In this document: positions 1 to 9,630 of the stretch, piece by piece
How positions within the stretch are numbered: the stretch's first letter is position 1
Layout of the letters: the number at the start of each line of letters is the position of its first letter
Notes under the pieces: model-generated
Seen by the model: only the letters and a program-made list of their open reading frames with translations
Told to the model about the DNA's origin: nothing
Database searches by the model: none
Translations under genes and position numbers: made by a program
Origin: a bacterium
Lineage (GTDB): Bacteria; Patescibacteriota; Minisyncoccia; Phycocordibacterales; UBA2100
DNA: 62,025 bases
Direction of reading: 5' to 3'
NCBI GenBank assembly: GCA_009924895.1
Contig: RFQR01000008.1
Span: 1-62,025, forward strand

Positions 1-21
1 AAAGCCCTCGAGGGCTTTTTT
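1..21. terminator. Palindromic hairpin downstream of SWIB gene
   Basis: aaagccctcgagggcttt is a perfect palindrome with flanking A/T runs; truncated by the window edge. Confidence 0.55.
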
Positions 22-40
22 GCTCAGCATGGGGTATATC

Positions 41-295
41 TTAGCTCAAATGCTTTGAAACAAGTTTCGTCATCTCAAACATTGATACTGTATCCTTTCC
101 ACCAAAGACTTTCTTAAGCTTGTCATCAGCGTTGATATTCCGCTTATTCTTCTGGTCCTGGAGACCGTGCTTCTTAATGTATGCCCAGAGACCCTTTACG
201 ACTTCTGAACGTGCCTTCGGACCCTCACCGACCACGGCTTCAAGGTCAGCGGTGAGGGTCATCGGTTTCATAAATGCTGAATTGGCTTTTGCCAT
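41..295 (-). CDS. SWIB/MDM2 domain protein
   Basis: AFMKP..L..VVG..P..RSEVVKGLWAYIKKHGLQD..NKRNINADDKLKKVF..VSMFEM is the bacterial SWIB signature. Confidence 0.92.
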   Translation of the reverse strand: MAKANSAFMKPMTLTADLEAVVGEGPKARSEVVKGLWAYIKKHGLQDQKNKRNINADDKLKKVFGGKDTVSMFEMTKLVSKHLS

Positions 296-458
296 ACGCA
301 CAAATTAATGATTATCTGCTATAGCATCAGTCTACCTGCCCGCCTCTTGAAGCGCCACCCCTCGTGGGGATAGCACCAGACTTGAGTTTTAGCACGCTCC
401 AGTGTATACAACTCACAGAAGTGCCGGTGTGCGGCATTTTATAGCGGAGAACTAAGAC

Positions 459-665
459 ATGAAACCATTCCCTCGCTGGTTCGTTGCAAGCACTGCCTCA
501 ATCATGCTGGTAAGTATCCTGTGCGGAATTGCCAGCCTAGTAAAATGGTGGCCAGAACTTCTTTTTACAAGTGCGCTTTTTGCCTTCATGTCGGGATTTG
601 CGCTCAAAATGGCCAATGATCGCTACCTCGCAATCCGGGAAGCAGATCGGTATGATGAGCCGTAA
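459..665 (+). CDS. Small two-TM hypothetical membrane protein
   Basis: GGAG SD before ATG, two hydrophobic segments, hairpin terminator downstream. Confidence 0.65.
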   Translation: MKPFPRWFVASTASIMLVSILCGIASLVKWWPELLFTSALFAFMSGFALKMANDRYLAIREADRYDEP

Positions 666-673
666 AGTGCTAC

Positions 674-699
674 GAAGAGGCGACGCCCGTCGCCTCTTC
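674..699. terminator. Hairpin between convergent genes
   Basis: gaagaggcgac-gccc-gtcgcctcttc, 11-bp stem. Confidence 0.7.
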
Positions 700-750
700 T
701 ACTGTTTTTTGACTGATACTTTCTCCGCCACAGCGATTCGCTCGTGCCTG

Positions 751-1920
751 CTACGGCAGAAGCCCCCACATATTAGGGTCGGCACCTCCGTCAATCTTAA
801 ACACCGCAACACCACGTATACCCAATTTTTTTGCAAGCGCCACTTTGTCTGCAATTGCCTGCGCATCAGACCACCATAGCAGCCGAAATGGTGTTGTCGT
901 GGAAAACGAGCCCTCGCCAGTGGCACTTGAGGTCGATACCGCTGTTCCCGTAGTCGTATCAAGGCTGTCTGCAGAGGACACGGCGCTCTTTGGCGTATAC
1001 ACAAACGAAAGCTCTCCTGCCTGATTGCGCGTAGGAGGAATATTCAGTGAGGCAGTAAGATCAACCGCATAACGTGGGTTAAATGACCACAGTCGGTCAT
1101 ACTCGTATCCTCCGTTTGTAAACGGTGTTACTTCATACTCGCTACCATATGTCGGTATTCCCATCACCAATTTCTTTTTGGGGATGTCAGCGAGCGCGAG
1201 TTTCATCACTTTTTCTACCCATTTGATGTCTGCATTTGGCATGTACGGACCGAGCGCATCAGCGTTGAGTTTTACATCAATTGTTCCTTGATCATACGTC
1301 ATGATACGCACGCGATCGCACCATTTTGCAATCTGTTTGAAGTCGTTTGCATAGTTGGTTGCATCTTTTGGTATCTTTTTTGTGTAGCGGGATGAAACCG
1401 GGGTGCGCGCCTCTATGGTACACATGAGCCACTTTTTACTACCAAGCCGTGTCTGTAGGCCTTGCAAAAAAAGCGAAAAGTATGGTCTCGTCTCAGCTCG
1501 CTTGTTCTCAAAATCAATATCAATGCCGTCCCAATTTTTTTCTCGCACCAACATCGCAATTTCGTCAGCAAGTGCGCGACGCGTTTTTGCATTTGAAAGG
1601 ATGCGATGAATAGCAGCACCATCACTCCAGGCAACCGTCGGGATAAAGCGCACCTTTTGAGAACGAGACGTGATCGCCAAGGTTGCCCATGGTTCACCGT
1701 CAAAGAGTTGCGTCTTTGCAATCGTACCGTCAGACTTTACGGTATACGAAAAGGGGTTTACTTCGGTAAAAAGTGGTAGGTGTGCGAGGGCCTCGGCGGT
1801 TCCGGTTGCACTGCGCCAGGTCGGTATCCACCCCGAGACCTCAAACGCGCGGCTCTGTGCGAGGACCGGTGAGCTTAAAGCCAAAAAAGCAAGAAAAAAC
1901 GCCATTAAAAAACGATTCAT
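751..1920 (-). CDS. Secreted GH18 family glycoside hydrolase
   Basis: Signal peptide; WDGIDIDFE (DxxDxDxE), IMTYD, MGIPTYG and GIRGVAVF motifs; Ser/Thr-rich insert. Confidence 0.88.
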   Translation of the reverse strand: MNRFLMAFFLAFLALSSPVLAQSRAFEVSGWIPTWRSATGTAEALAHLPLFTEVNPFSYTVKSDGTIAKTQLFDGEPWATLAITSRSQKVRFIPTVAWSDGAAIHRILSNAKTRRALADEIAMLVREKNWDGIDIDFENKRAETRPYFSLFLQGLQTRLGSKKWLMCTIEARTPVSSRYTKKIPKDATNYANDFKQIAKWCDRVRIMTYDQGTIDVKLNADALGPYMPNADIKWVEKVMKLALADIPKKKLVMGIPTYGSEYEVTPFTNGGYEYDRLWSFNPRYAVDLTASLNIPPTRNQAGELSFVYTPKSAVSSADSLDTTTGTAVSTSSATGEGSFSTTTPFRLLWWSDAQAIADKVALAKKLGIRGVAVFKIDGGADPNMWGLLP

Positions 1921-1952
1921 ATAATTCAGTATAGCATAAAGAGGAGGGGGTA

Positions 1953-1980
1953 TTGCATTTTTATCAGGATAGTGTATAAT
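1953..1980 (+). promoter_or_regulatory. sigma70 promoter
   Basis: TTGCAT-N16-TATAAT upstream of ATG 2022. Confidence 0.6.
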
Positions 1981-2021
1981 GTTATTGTTTTACCAAGTAG
2001 GAGTCAGTTAACCACATCATC

Positions 2022-3410
2022 ATGAAAAAAATCACCTTAATCAGTTTCTTGTCTGCACTTGTCCTCGGTGTAGCGACATCGCCCGCCATGGCACAGACCT
2101 ATAGCGGCATTCCGACAGTCGGAACCTGTACGACGATTACGAGCACCCTTTCCAAAGGCTCTCGCGGATCAGACGTTCTCACGCTTCAGAGCTTTTTGGT
2201 TAATCAAAACTATGCAGGTGGTGGATCATGGATGGTTACTGGCTATTTTGGTGATGCGACGAAAGTTGCAGTGCAGAACTTCCAAGGTGCACAGGGACTG
2301 CCAAGCACTGGTATCGTTGATGCGGCAACTCGCGATGCGATTTCGCGCGTCTCGTGTGGCGGTGTAAGTTACCTTCCTACCCCAACACTCCCCACCCCCT
2401 ACTTCCCAATCCAGTATCCTCAATACCCTTATAATCCAGGGTACAACAACCCGCAGTACTTTCCCGCTTGTGGCACGACTAACTTCCCATGCGCCACAGT
2501 ACCGATTGCGCTCTACTCTGTTGCACCAAACGCTGGTGCCGTTGGTTCAAACGTAACTATCTATGGCCAGGGCTTCTCAACGACGGGTAATACCGTGCGA
2601 TTTGGGACGGGTATCATCACAAACCTCTCATCTCCTGATGGTCGCTCAATTTCCTTCACCATTCCTGCAAACTTGACTGGTTATGGCTCACAAGTAGTCT
2701 CAATCGGTTCTTACGATGTTTCGGTCTCAAACTCATCTGGTCAGGTTAGTAACCTTCTCTCCTTCTACGTAAGTAGTCTTGGCACCGCTTCACAGCCAGT
2801 CATCAACAGTATCTCGGGTCCTACGTCACTTGCTGTAGGTGTTCAGGGTACGTGGAATGTCTCGTTCTACAATCCATCATCGCAGTATGCTTCGGTCTCG
2901 ATTCGCTGGGGTGACGAGTACTTGTATCAGTACAGTCAGGCGCAGGCAGCACAGAGTATCTATGGCGCGGGTTCACAGCAGACGAGTTTTTCACACATCT
3001 ACCCGCAGGCGGGCACCTACACCATCACGGTGACAGTCACCAACTCAAACGGCGTATCCAATACGATGTCAACAACGGTGAACGTTGGTAACTCGACCGG
3101 CACGGGCTCGGTGTACTTGAACTCACTGTCTCCGACTTCAGGCTCCTTAGGAACACTGGTTATTCTTACCGGCTCTGGCTTTACGGCTGACAACACCATT
3201 CGCTTCGGCGCAGGTGGCGTACAACACGCATACTCTGCAAATGGGAACCAGCTCTACTTCACTATTCCTTCGTACATCTCAGCATGTGATGTGCAAACGA
3301 GTGGGTACTGTAACTTCAATCCCGTGCGAGTTGTCCCTGGTTCGTATACCATCTATGTAACGAATGCCAATGGCACGACCCAAGGTCTCTCCTTCACGGT
3401 CACAAACTAG
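2022..3410 (+). CDS. Secreted surface protein: peptidoglycan-binding domain plus IPT/TIG and PKD-like Ig folds
   Basis: Signal peptide; LSKGSRGSDVLTLQSFL..TGYFG..TKVAVQNFQ..GIVD; repeated SxxPxxGxxGxxVxxxGxGF; WGD..HIYPQAGTYTITVTV. Confidence 0.82.
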   Translation: MKKITLISFLSALVLGVATSPAMAQTYSGIPTVGTCTTITSTLSKGSRGSDVLTLQSFLVNQNYAGGGSWMVTGYFGDATKVAVQNFQGAQGLPSTGIVDAATRDAISRVSCGGVSYLPTPTLPTPYFPIQYPQYPYNPGYNNPQYFPACGTTNFPCATVPIALYSVAPNAGAVGSNVTIYGQGFSTTGNTVRFGTGIITNLSSPDGRSISFTIPANLTGYGSQVVSIGSYDVSVSNSSGQVSNLLSFYVSSLGTASQPVINSISGPTSLAVGVQGTWNVSFYNPSSQYASVSIRWGDEYLYQYSQAQAAQSIYGAGSQQTSFSHIYPQAGTYTITVTVTNSNGVSNTMSTTVNVGNSTGTGSVYLNSLSPTSGSLGTLVILTGSGFTADNTIRFGAGGVQHAYSANGNQLYFTIPSYISACDVQTSGYCNFNPVRVVPGSYTIYVTNANGTTQGLSFTVTN

Positions 3411-3431
3411 CAACCACTTGTGAGAGGCCAC

Positions 3432-3457
3432 AACAACCGCCCTTTCGGGCGGTTGTT
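3432..3457. terminator. Intrinsic terminator between convergent genes
   Basis: aacaaccgccc-tttc-gggcggttgtt. Confidence 0.75.
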
Positions 3458-3491
3458 TGGCATTGTAGACACCACACTCGCACGTACATTG

Positions 3492-3929
3492 TCAGCTCGC
3501 ACTTGTAGACCTTTTTGCCTTCTCAACTTCGTAGATACGGTCACGAAGCTCGGTCGATGAGTACGTGTGCGAACGAGAATTAAAATAGACGCGTATCGGT
3601 AAGTCGTAACCGGTATACTGCTTTCCTTTCCAGTCTGCACCGATGATGCGGATGTCGGGCTTCAAGCGTTTGAGGAGTCGGTAGAGGTCAGCTTCTGATT
3701 TGTAGGTGACTACTTTGTCGATGTACTTGATGGCTTCGAGGATTATTGTGCGCTCTTTGAGCGACATGATGGGTCTGTTTTTTGCGGGACGATCGAGCGA
3801 CGGATCATCTTGCAGGAGGACAACGAGCTGGTCACACTTTCGCTTGGCTTCCTTAAACATGAGCATGTGCCCAGCATGACAGAGGTCGAATGCTCCTGCA
3901 GTTACACCAATTTTTTTCTTGTTTTTCAC
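3492..3929 (-). CDS. Cytidylyltransferase (TagD/RfaE-N-like)
   Basis: GAFDLCHAGH (HxGH), IGADW, YSSTELR; start set at the GTG 6 nt after a TATGGT box. Confidence 0.85.
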   Translation of the reverse strand: MKNKKKIGVTAGAFDLCHAGHMLMFKEAKRKCDQLVVLLQDDPSLDRPAKNRPIMSLKERTIILEAIKYIDKVVTYKSEADLYRLLKRLKPDIRIIGADWKGKQYTGYDLPIRVYFNSRSHTYSSTELRDRIYEVEKAKRSTSAS

Positions 3930-4004
3930 GTGCCAACCATACCAGATTGAAGTCTCCAGTTGTACTTGATATATATTCAATATTGTGATATTATAATACT
4001 AATT

Positions 4005-4105
4005 GGGTTGTGTTACTGGACGCCACCAGAGCTGACTTTTGGAAAAGCGAGAGCGGATGCGGGCCTGGGAAGCTGAGCCCTTCCGCGTATCTCCTCAGTA
4101 CAATC
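4005..4105 (+). ncRNA. Candidate ~100-nt structured RNA, family unknown
   Basis: TATAAT at 3992-3997; 5' and 3' ends pair; nested internal stems; no ORF. Confidence 0.4.
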
Positions 4106-5315
4106 AGTGACGAGAAATGACCGCGAGCCGATCATATTTCACTTTTCGTTCCGGCTTCCGCAATGCACCAGCTTTGAGTCCGAAGGCACCAAAGGCAAAG
4201 GCGAGGTCTGCTACAAAATCATCCATAGTTTCCCCACTGCGGTGACTCACAATGCAGTCGATGTTGTTTGCGCGGGCAAGCTTCATCGTCGCCAAGGTCT
4301 CGGTAAGAGTTCCAATTTGGTTCGGCTTAATAATCAAGGCACTTATTGCTTCAGCATCGATTGCCATCTGGAGTCTTTTTACATTGGTGACCGTTAGGTC
4401 ATCACCGACAATTTTTGTCGGAAGTTCCTTTTTGAGATAGGCAAAATCAGCAAAGGCTTCCTCGTAAAACGGGTCTTCAATAGAAAGAATTGGAAAATCA
4501 GCAATCAGTCTGCGATAGAGTGACGTCATGGAATGCGAGTCATGCGCTTTCCCATCGACTGCATAGACACCGTTGTCATAAAATGACGTCGCAGCGACAT
4601 CGATTGCAATATCCACTTTCCCTTCAAACCCTGCTTGCGCTATTGCCTGCACGAGGAGCTCAAACGGCACGGTGTATCCCGCAGCTGGCATCACATATCC
4701 GCCTTCGTCACCCATCGAGCGAGCGGTTTCTTCACCGTAGTTGGTGCGGAGGATTTCTTCGAGAGCGCCTGATATTTTCTGTGCACAAAGGAGCGCTTCT
4801 GCAACAGAATCCATGCGTGGAACCAGCATATGTTCTTGAAACGCAATCGGTGAATGGGCGTGTTTGCCGCCATTAATATAGTTGAGATACAAAAGTGGCG
4901 TTTTGCGTGATGTTGGAATCGTTTCGAGTGTACGCAAGTACGTGTATAGTTCTTGTCCTGACGCGATCGCTGCACAGCGCGCCGTAGCGAGACTCACGCC
5001 GAGTATGGTGTTGCCACCGAGATTCTTCTTTTGCTCGGTGCCGTCAAGTTCGCACATTTTTACATCAACCGCCGCTTGGCCGCCTACATCCATACCGATT
5101 AACGCCGGGGCAATAACCGTATCAATTTTTTCAAGTGCGAGTGACATGCCGCCTTCATGATCGCGTAGTTCGCATGCTTCCCACACACCTGTCGATGCGC
5201 CAGAAGGCATCGCAAAAGAGCCTGAGAAACTTCCTGCTTCTACCGTGACTTCGAGTGTGGGCTTTTGGCGAGAGTCGGCTATTTCTCTCGCATGAATGGT
5301 GGTAATTTTGTTCAT
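4104..5315 (-). CDS. eno: Enolase
   Basis: PSGASTG, GDEGG, VGDDLTVTN, IKPNQIGTLTET, SHRSGET. Confidence 0.95.
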   Translation of the reverse strand: MNKITTIHAREIADSRQKPTLEVTVEAGSFSGSFAMPSGASTGVWEACELRDHEGGMSLALEKIDTVIAPALIGMDVGGQAAVDVKMCELDGTEQKKNLGGNTILGVSLATARCAAIASGQELYTYLRTLETIPTSRKTPLLYLNYINGGKHAHSPIAFQEHMLVPRMDSVAEALLCAQKISGALEEILRTNYGEETARSMGDEGGYVMPAAGYTVPFELLVQAIAQAGFEGKVDIAIDVAATSFYDNGVYAVDGKAHDSHSMTSLYRRLIADFPILSIEDPFYEEAFADFAYLKKELPTKIVGDDLTVTNVKRLQMAIDAEAISALIIKPNQIGTLTETLATMKLARANNIDCIVSHRSGETMDDFVADLAFAFGAFGLKAGALRKPERKVKYDRLAVISRH

Positions 5316-5317
5316 AC

Positions 5318-6310
5318 TTACAGCGTGTTAGATGGTGTACCTGCGATGGCGTTTTGGATGTTTTTTACTGACACAGTGAGAATCTCTTCATATGCTTCTC
5401 GTGAGAAGAATGCGATATGAGGTGTCACCAAGACTCGTGGATTATCGATGAGCTCACGGTCGCGAATCAGTGTCTGCAAGACTTCCGGTGGCGCGTTGGT
5501 TACCGTGCGTTGTTCATCTTTAAGTTCGCGCTCAGCTTCGAGCACGTCGAGCCCCGCACCTGCCACCGTGCCATACTCAAGCGCATCGCAGAGGGCTTGA
5601 GTGTCGACGAGTTCGCCTCGTGCCGTGTTGATAAGATAGACACCGTGCTTCATCTGAGTGAACTGATCTTTCCCGATGATGTGTTTATTTTCTTTGGTAT
5701 ACGGTACGTGGAGCGTGATAATGTCTGATTGTCTTATTAAATCATCAAATGCAACATATTTTGTGTGTTCATTTTCAATTTCATGCGCAGGAAATGGGTC
5801 GTGCATAAGAATCGACATACCAAAACCTTGTGCGATGCGTACGACACTTTTTCCGATTGCGCCTGTACCGATGACACCTAACGTCTTTCCGAAAAGATTA
5901 ATGCCTTCAAAAGGCGCAGTGGTCATACTTCCCTTATCTCGTACTTGCTGGACGGCTTCGGGAACTTTTCGCGACAGTGCCAGAATGAGTGCAAAGGTAA
6001 ACTCCGCCACCGTATGTGTGCCATAGCGCGGGACGTTGCACACCGTAATTCCCTTGTGCTTTGCATACTCAACGGCAATGTGATCAAAACCCGTTGATCG
6101 CGTCGCAATACACCTCAAGTGTGGCAAAGCGTCGACACTATCCTCCTTAAAGGTCGAAGCGGTGAAGATAGACACAATTTCAGCATCAGGATGCGCGGTC
6201 AGGTCATCACTTTTTGGTGAATGCTCGAAAAAAACAAGCTCATGTTCTGGAAAGGCCGCTGAAAATATCTGGCGTGTTTTTGCATCTGCATCAAAGATAA
6301 GTAGTTTCAT
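5318..6310 (-). CDS. D-isomer-specific 2-hydroxyacid (D-lactate-like) dehydrogenase
   Basis: TRSTGFDH, GVIGTGAIG, INTARG, GLDVLEAE, TPHIAF. Confidence 0.9.
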   Translation of the reverse strand: MKLLIFDADAKTRQIFSAAFPEHELVFFEHSPKSDDLTAHPDAEIVSIFTASTFKEDSVDALPHLRCIATRSTGFDHIAVEYAKHKGITVCNVPRYGTHTVAEFTFALILALSRKVPEAVQQVRDKGSMTTAPFEGINLFGKTLGVIGTGAIGKSVVRIAQGFGMSILMHDPFPAHEIENEHTKYVAFDDLIRQSDIITLHVPYTKENKHIIGKDQFTQMKHGVYLINTARGELVDTQALCDALEYGTVAGAGLDVLEAERELKDEQRTVTNAPPEVLQTLIRDRELIDNPRVLVTPHIAFFSREAYEEILTVSVKNIQNAIAGTPSNTL

Positions 6311-6476
6311 GATTTTAGTATACACGGTTAGTATGCTCCTGGCTTGTTCATAACCTTTTCGAAGTGAGTAAAGAGCAAAAAAACTCGTTTTGGTGATCTC
6401 GCATTACACAATCAACAAGTGGGTTGGGCCAGCGGCTTACTACCGGGTATAGCAGAAGTGATGCTATGCTATTCAT

Positions 6477-7106
6477 ATGGCAAAACTCATCGTTGCTCGA
6501 CATCACGAGTCAGAATGGAACAAAAAAGGTTTATGGACAGGGAACCGTGACAGTCATCTTACCGAGTATGGATTCAAAAAGTCATGCGAAATGGGTGAAC
6601 TTATTCGCGACATTCACATTGACCGTGCGTTTGCGTCGATGCAGGTGCGCTCGATAGAAACGCTCTCATGCATGCTTGAAACCTTGAACCTCATCCACGT
6701 ACCAACAGTCCACTCGAGCAGCATAAACGAGCGCGACTACGGGGACTACACGGGAAAGAATAAGTGGGAAATGCAGCAGCTTATCGGGCACGAGCAGTGG
6801 GAGAAAGTGCGACGCGAATGGGACTGTCCTGTTCCCAACGGCGAAACTTTAAAAATGGTTTTTGCACGCGTTGTGCCGTTTTATGAAGAGTCAATTTTAC
6901 CTCTTTTGAAGGGAGGAAACAATGTTCTTATTGTCTCTCACGGTAATGCAATACGCGCTCTTATGAAGCACTTAGAGCACATCCCTGATGAAGCGGTAAA
7001 AGATATCGAGATGCTCTTTGGCGGTATTCTCATTTATGATATCGCCGAAGACGGTTCAGTCACCCATAAAGAAATGCGGCAGGTCGAGTCTGACGTGCAT
7101 GCATGA
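6477..7106 (+). CDS. gpmA: 2,3-BPG-dependent phosphoglycerate mutase
   Basis: RHHESEWN (RHG variant), NERDYGD.TGKNK, SHGNAIRAL. Confidence 0.9.
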   Translation: MAKLIVARHHESEWNKKGLWTGNRDSHLTEYGFKKSCEMGELIRDIHIDRAFASMQVRSIETLSCMLETLNLIHVPTVHSSSINERDYGDYTGKNKWEMQQLIGHEQWEKVRREWDCPVPNGETLKMVFARVVPFYEESILPLLKGGNNVLIVSHGNAIRALMKHLEHIPDEAVKDIEMLFGGILIYDIAEDGSVTHKEMRQVESDVHA

Positions 7107-7119
7107 TATACTCCCCGCT

Positions 7120-7878
7120 ATGCAATCGGCCCTCTCCATTGTCGACCTCAAAAAGACGTATAAAACCGGCCTTCAAGCACTCAAAGGTGTCTCGCTCGAG
7201 ATTCCTGCCGGTGATTTTTTTGCACTCCTTGGACCTAATGGTGCAGGAAAGACGACCCTCATTAGCATAACCGCGGGCCTTACCACTAAAACAAGTGGTA
7301 CCGTATCGGTTTTTGGTCATAATATCGAAACCGAACCCGAGGGGGCAAAAGCCCAGATTGGACTGGTGGGGCAAGAAATTAACTTTAACCCCTTTGAGAA
7401 GCCGATTGATATTGTAACTAATCAGGGCGGTTACTATGGTATGTCCCGCTCTCGCGCTCTCCCCCGCGCTGAGCAGCTCCTTAGTGATCTGGGGCTTGGT
7501 GACAAAATGCATGGCAAGGCGATGGAACTCTCCGGTGGCATGAAACGCCGCCTTATGATCGCACGCGCCCTCGTCCATACGCCGCGTTTTTTGATTCTTG
7601 ACGAACCGACGGCAGGTGTCGATGTTGAGTTGCGCCGCGGCATGTGGGACTATCTCAAAAAACTTACGTCAGAAGGACTCACTATTCTCCTTACAACACA
7701 CTATCTTGAAGAAGCAGAACAACTTGCAAAGCACGTCGCTATCATCAACAAGGGAGAGATAGTTGTAAACGGGACGATGCAGGGTATTCTTGCACAGCAC
7801 GGTGACGGAGAAGGAAAAGATGAATACGGCGCAGGCCAACTTGAGCGCGTCTTTTTGAAACTCACTTCTCATAAATAG
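7120..7878 (+). CDS. ABC transporter ATP-binding protein (YadG-like)
   Basis: GPNGAGKT, LSGGMKRR, LDEPTAGVD, TTHYLEEAE. Confidence 0.92.
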   Translation: MQSALSIVDLKKTYKTGLQALKGVSLEIPAGDFFALLGPNGAGKTTLISITAGLTTKTSGTVSVFGHNIETEPEGAKAQIGLVGQEINFNPFEKPIDIVTNQGGYYGMSRSRALPRAEQLLSDLGLGDKMHGKAMELSGGMKRRLMIARALVHTPRFLILDEPTAGVDVELRRGMWDYLKKLTSEGLTILLTTHYLEEAEQLAKHVAIINKGEIVVNGTMQGILAQHGDGEGKDEYGAGQLERVFLKLTSHK

Positions 7879-7879
7879 T

Positions 7880-8662
7880 ATGACAGCGCACCAAAAATGG
7901 ATCGCATTCTATACGATGATTCGCAAGGACGTTATTCGCATGTTTCGAATTTGGGTCCAGACATTTCTGCCCAGCGTTATCACTTCGACACTCTATTTTC
8001 TCGTGTTTGGTACCGTGCTTGGGTCTCGTATCGGGCAAATGCAGGGGGTTGATTACATGCAATTTGTAGTCCCCGGGCTCGTCATGCTTGCAATTGTCAC
8101 GACCTCGTATGCAAATACTTCTTTCATGTTCTTCTCCTCAAAGTTTTTTGCACGCTCAATTGACGAGCTGCTCGTCTCCCCGATGCCCCCGTGGCTTCTT
8201 ATCGCCGGATTTATTGGCGGTGGCGTAGTACGCGGAATCGTTGTCGGTGCGCTCGTCCTTACCGTGTCTTTGTTTTTCACTGGTCTTATACTCACCTTCC
8301 ACAATGCACTTATCGTGTTGGGCTTTGGTATTCTCACCGCACTCATTTTCTCGCTTGCGGGTCTCGTTAATGGCGTCTATGCAAAATCAATAGATGGTAT
8401 AAACATTGTCCCGACGTTTGTTCTCACCCCTCTCGTATATCTCGGCGGTATTTTTTATTCTATCCACACGCTTCCTGCGTGGTGGCAGTACATCACCTAT
8501 GCAAACCCGCTCTTCTATCTCATTAATGGTTTTCGCTATGGTTTTCTCGGTATGAGTGATATCTCACTCTGGCTTTCGTGTGCTGTCCTTTCTGCAATAG
8601 CGATAGTACTTATTGGTATCAACTGGTACTTGATTCGCACCGGACTCGGGCTCAAACAGTAG
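7880..8662 (+). CDS. ABC-2 transporter permease (YadH-like)
   Basis: About six TM segments; YMQFVVPGL and NPLFYLINGFRYGFLG; 1 nt after the ATPase. Confidence 0.9.
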   Translation: MTAHQKWIAFYTMIRKDVIRMFRIWVQTFLPSVITSTLYFLVFGTVLGSRIGQMQGVDYMQFVVPGLVMLAIVTTSYANTSFMFFSSKFFARSIDELLVSPMPPWLLIAGFIGGGVVRGIVVGALVLTVSLFFTGLILTFHNALIVLGFGILTALIFSLAGLVNGVYAKSIDGINIVPTFVLTPLVYLGGIFYSIHTLPAWWQYITYANPLFYLINGFRYGFLGMSDISLWLSCAVLSAIAIVLIGINWYLIRTGLGLKQ

Positions 8663-8687
8663 GTCCCGCGAGTTTCCTCGCGAGACC
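8662..8687. terminator. Hairpin between convergent genes
   Basis: ggtcccgcgag-tttc-ctcgcgagacc, one mismatch. Confidence 0.5.
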
Positions 8688-8695
8688 TTTGTGCA

Positions 8696-9521
8696 TCACC
8701 CAGTCGCAATTGCGTGTGGTGGGATCCATCTGAACAGCCGCACCCGATCAGCGGCCTCCTGGTACCGCTTGCTAATCTCTTCTGGCGGTGCGCCATCTCG
8801 GTACGGCTGCTTGTCGAGATGTGAGCCATACGGGCTTACGAGACGCCACGAGTCTGGATCAATGACATCGGCAACGACAAGCCTGCCTTCAGGTGTCACA
8901 CCAAATTCAACCTTGAGGTCGATCAAGTTACAGTTTTGGAGTAAGAACGCTCGTGCCAAGATGAACATAGCTTTCCGAATGATGGTGTTCATTTCGGAGA
9001 AATAGGAAAGCTCTTCTTCACGAAAAACACCTTCGACATTGACTCGATTTTCAACCGTATCATTCTCGGATGCTCGTGTGACGGAGACACTGTTTGGATA
9101 CTGAGAGACGATGAGCGGATCATCGCTAGAAACAGTGATGCCTCGAAACTGTTTCTCCGTTGTCTTCAAGTAGAATTCGACGACAGGAGGATCAAACACC
9201 GTGCCCGGTGTAAGCGCAGGCAGTCGCTTACAAATAGAACCCGCTGCCTCGCGACGAATGACCACCTCAAACGGCAGCATACTGCAGTGCTCTGCGATGA
9301 ACGTGTTTCGTAAACCACGGTCCATGAAGGCGACAGGGATACCGAACCTGCTCAAGAGCAAAAACACTTCACAGGTCACAGAGTTACAAAGGGCGCCTTT
9401 GCCTGGAATAATATCATGTCGTTTTCCATCACCTGCGGTGATGTCGTTTTTTGACATAATCTCAACACAACTGTCATTAATTGCGTGGATTATTTTGGGT
9501 TTTGCCTTGAGAGATAATCAT
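8696..9521 (-). pseudogene. purC: SAICAR synthetase with +1 frameshift near the 5' end
   Basis: KNDITAGDG, EVVIRREAAGS, DLKVEFG, ADVIDPDSWR; SD-preceded ATG 9521 gives MIISQGKT, then one extra base (9497-9499) shifts away from KIIHAIN. Confidence 0.75.
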
Positions 9522-9630
9522 CACTTTTCTCCGTGATTATCATGCCACTGCGGCATGATTCTAATGGCACTGTACTGCATGTGTGCCCCGAGTGCTACCC
9601 TCTCCTATACGCATCTAGTATGATGCTCAT

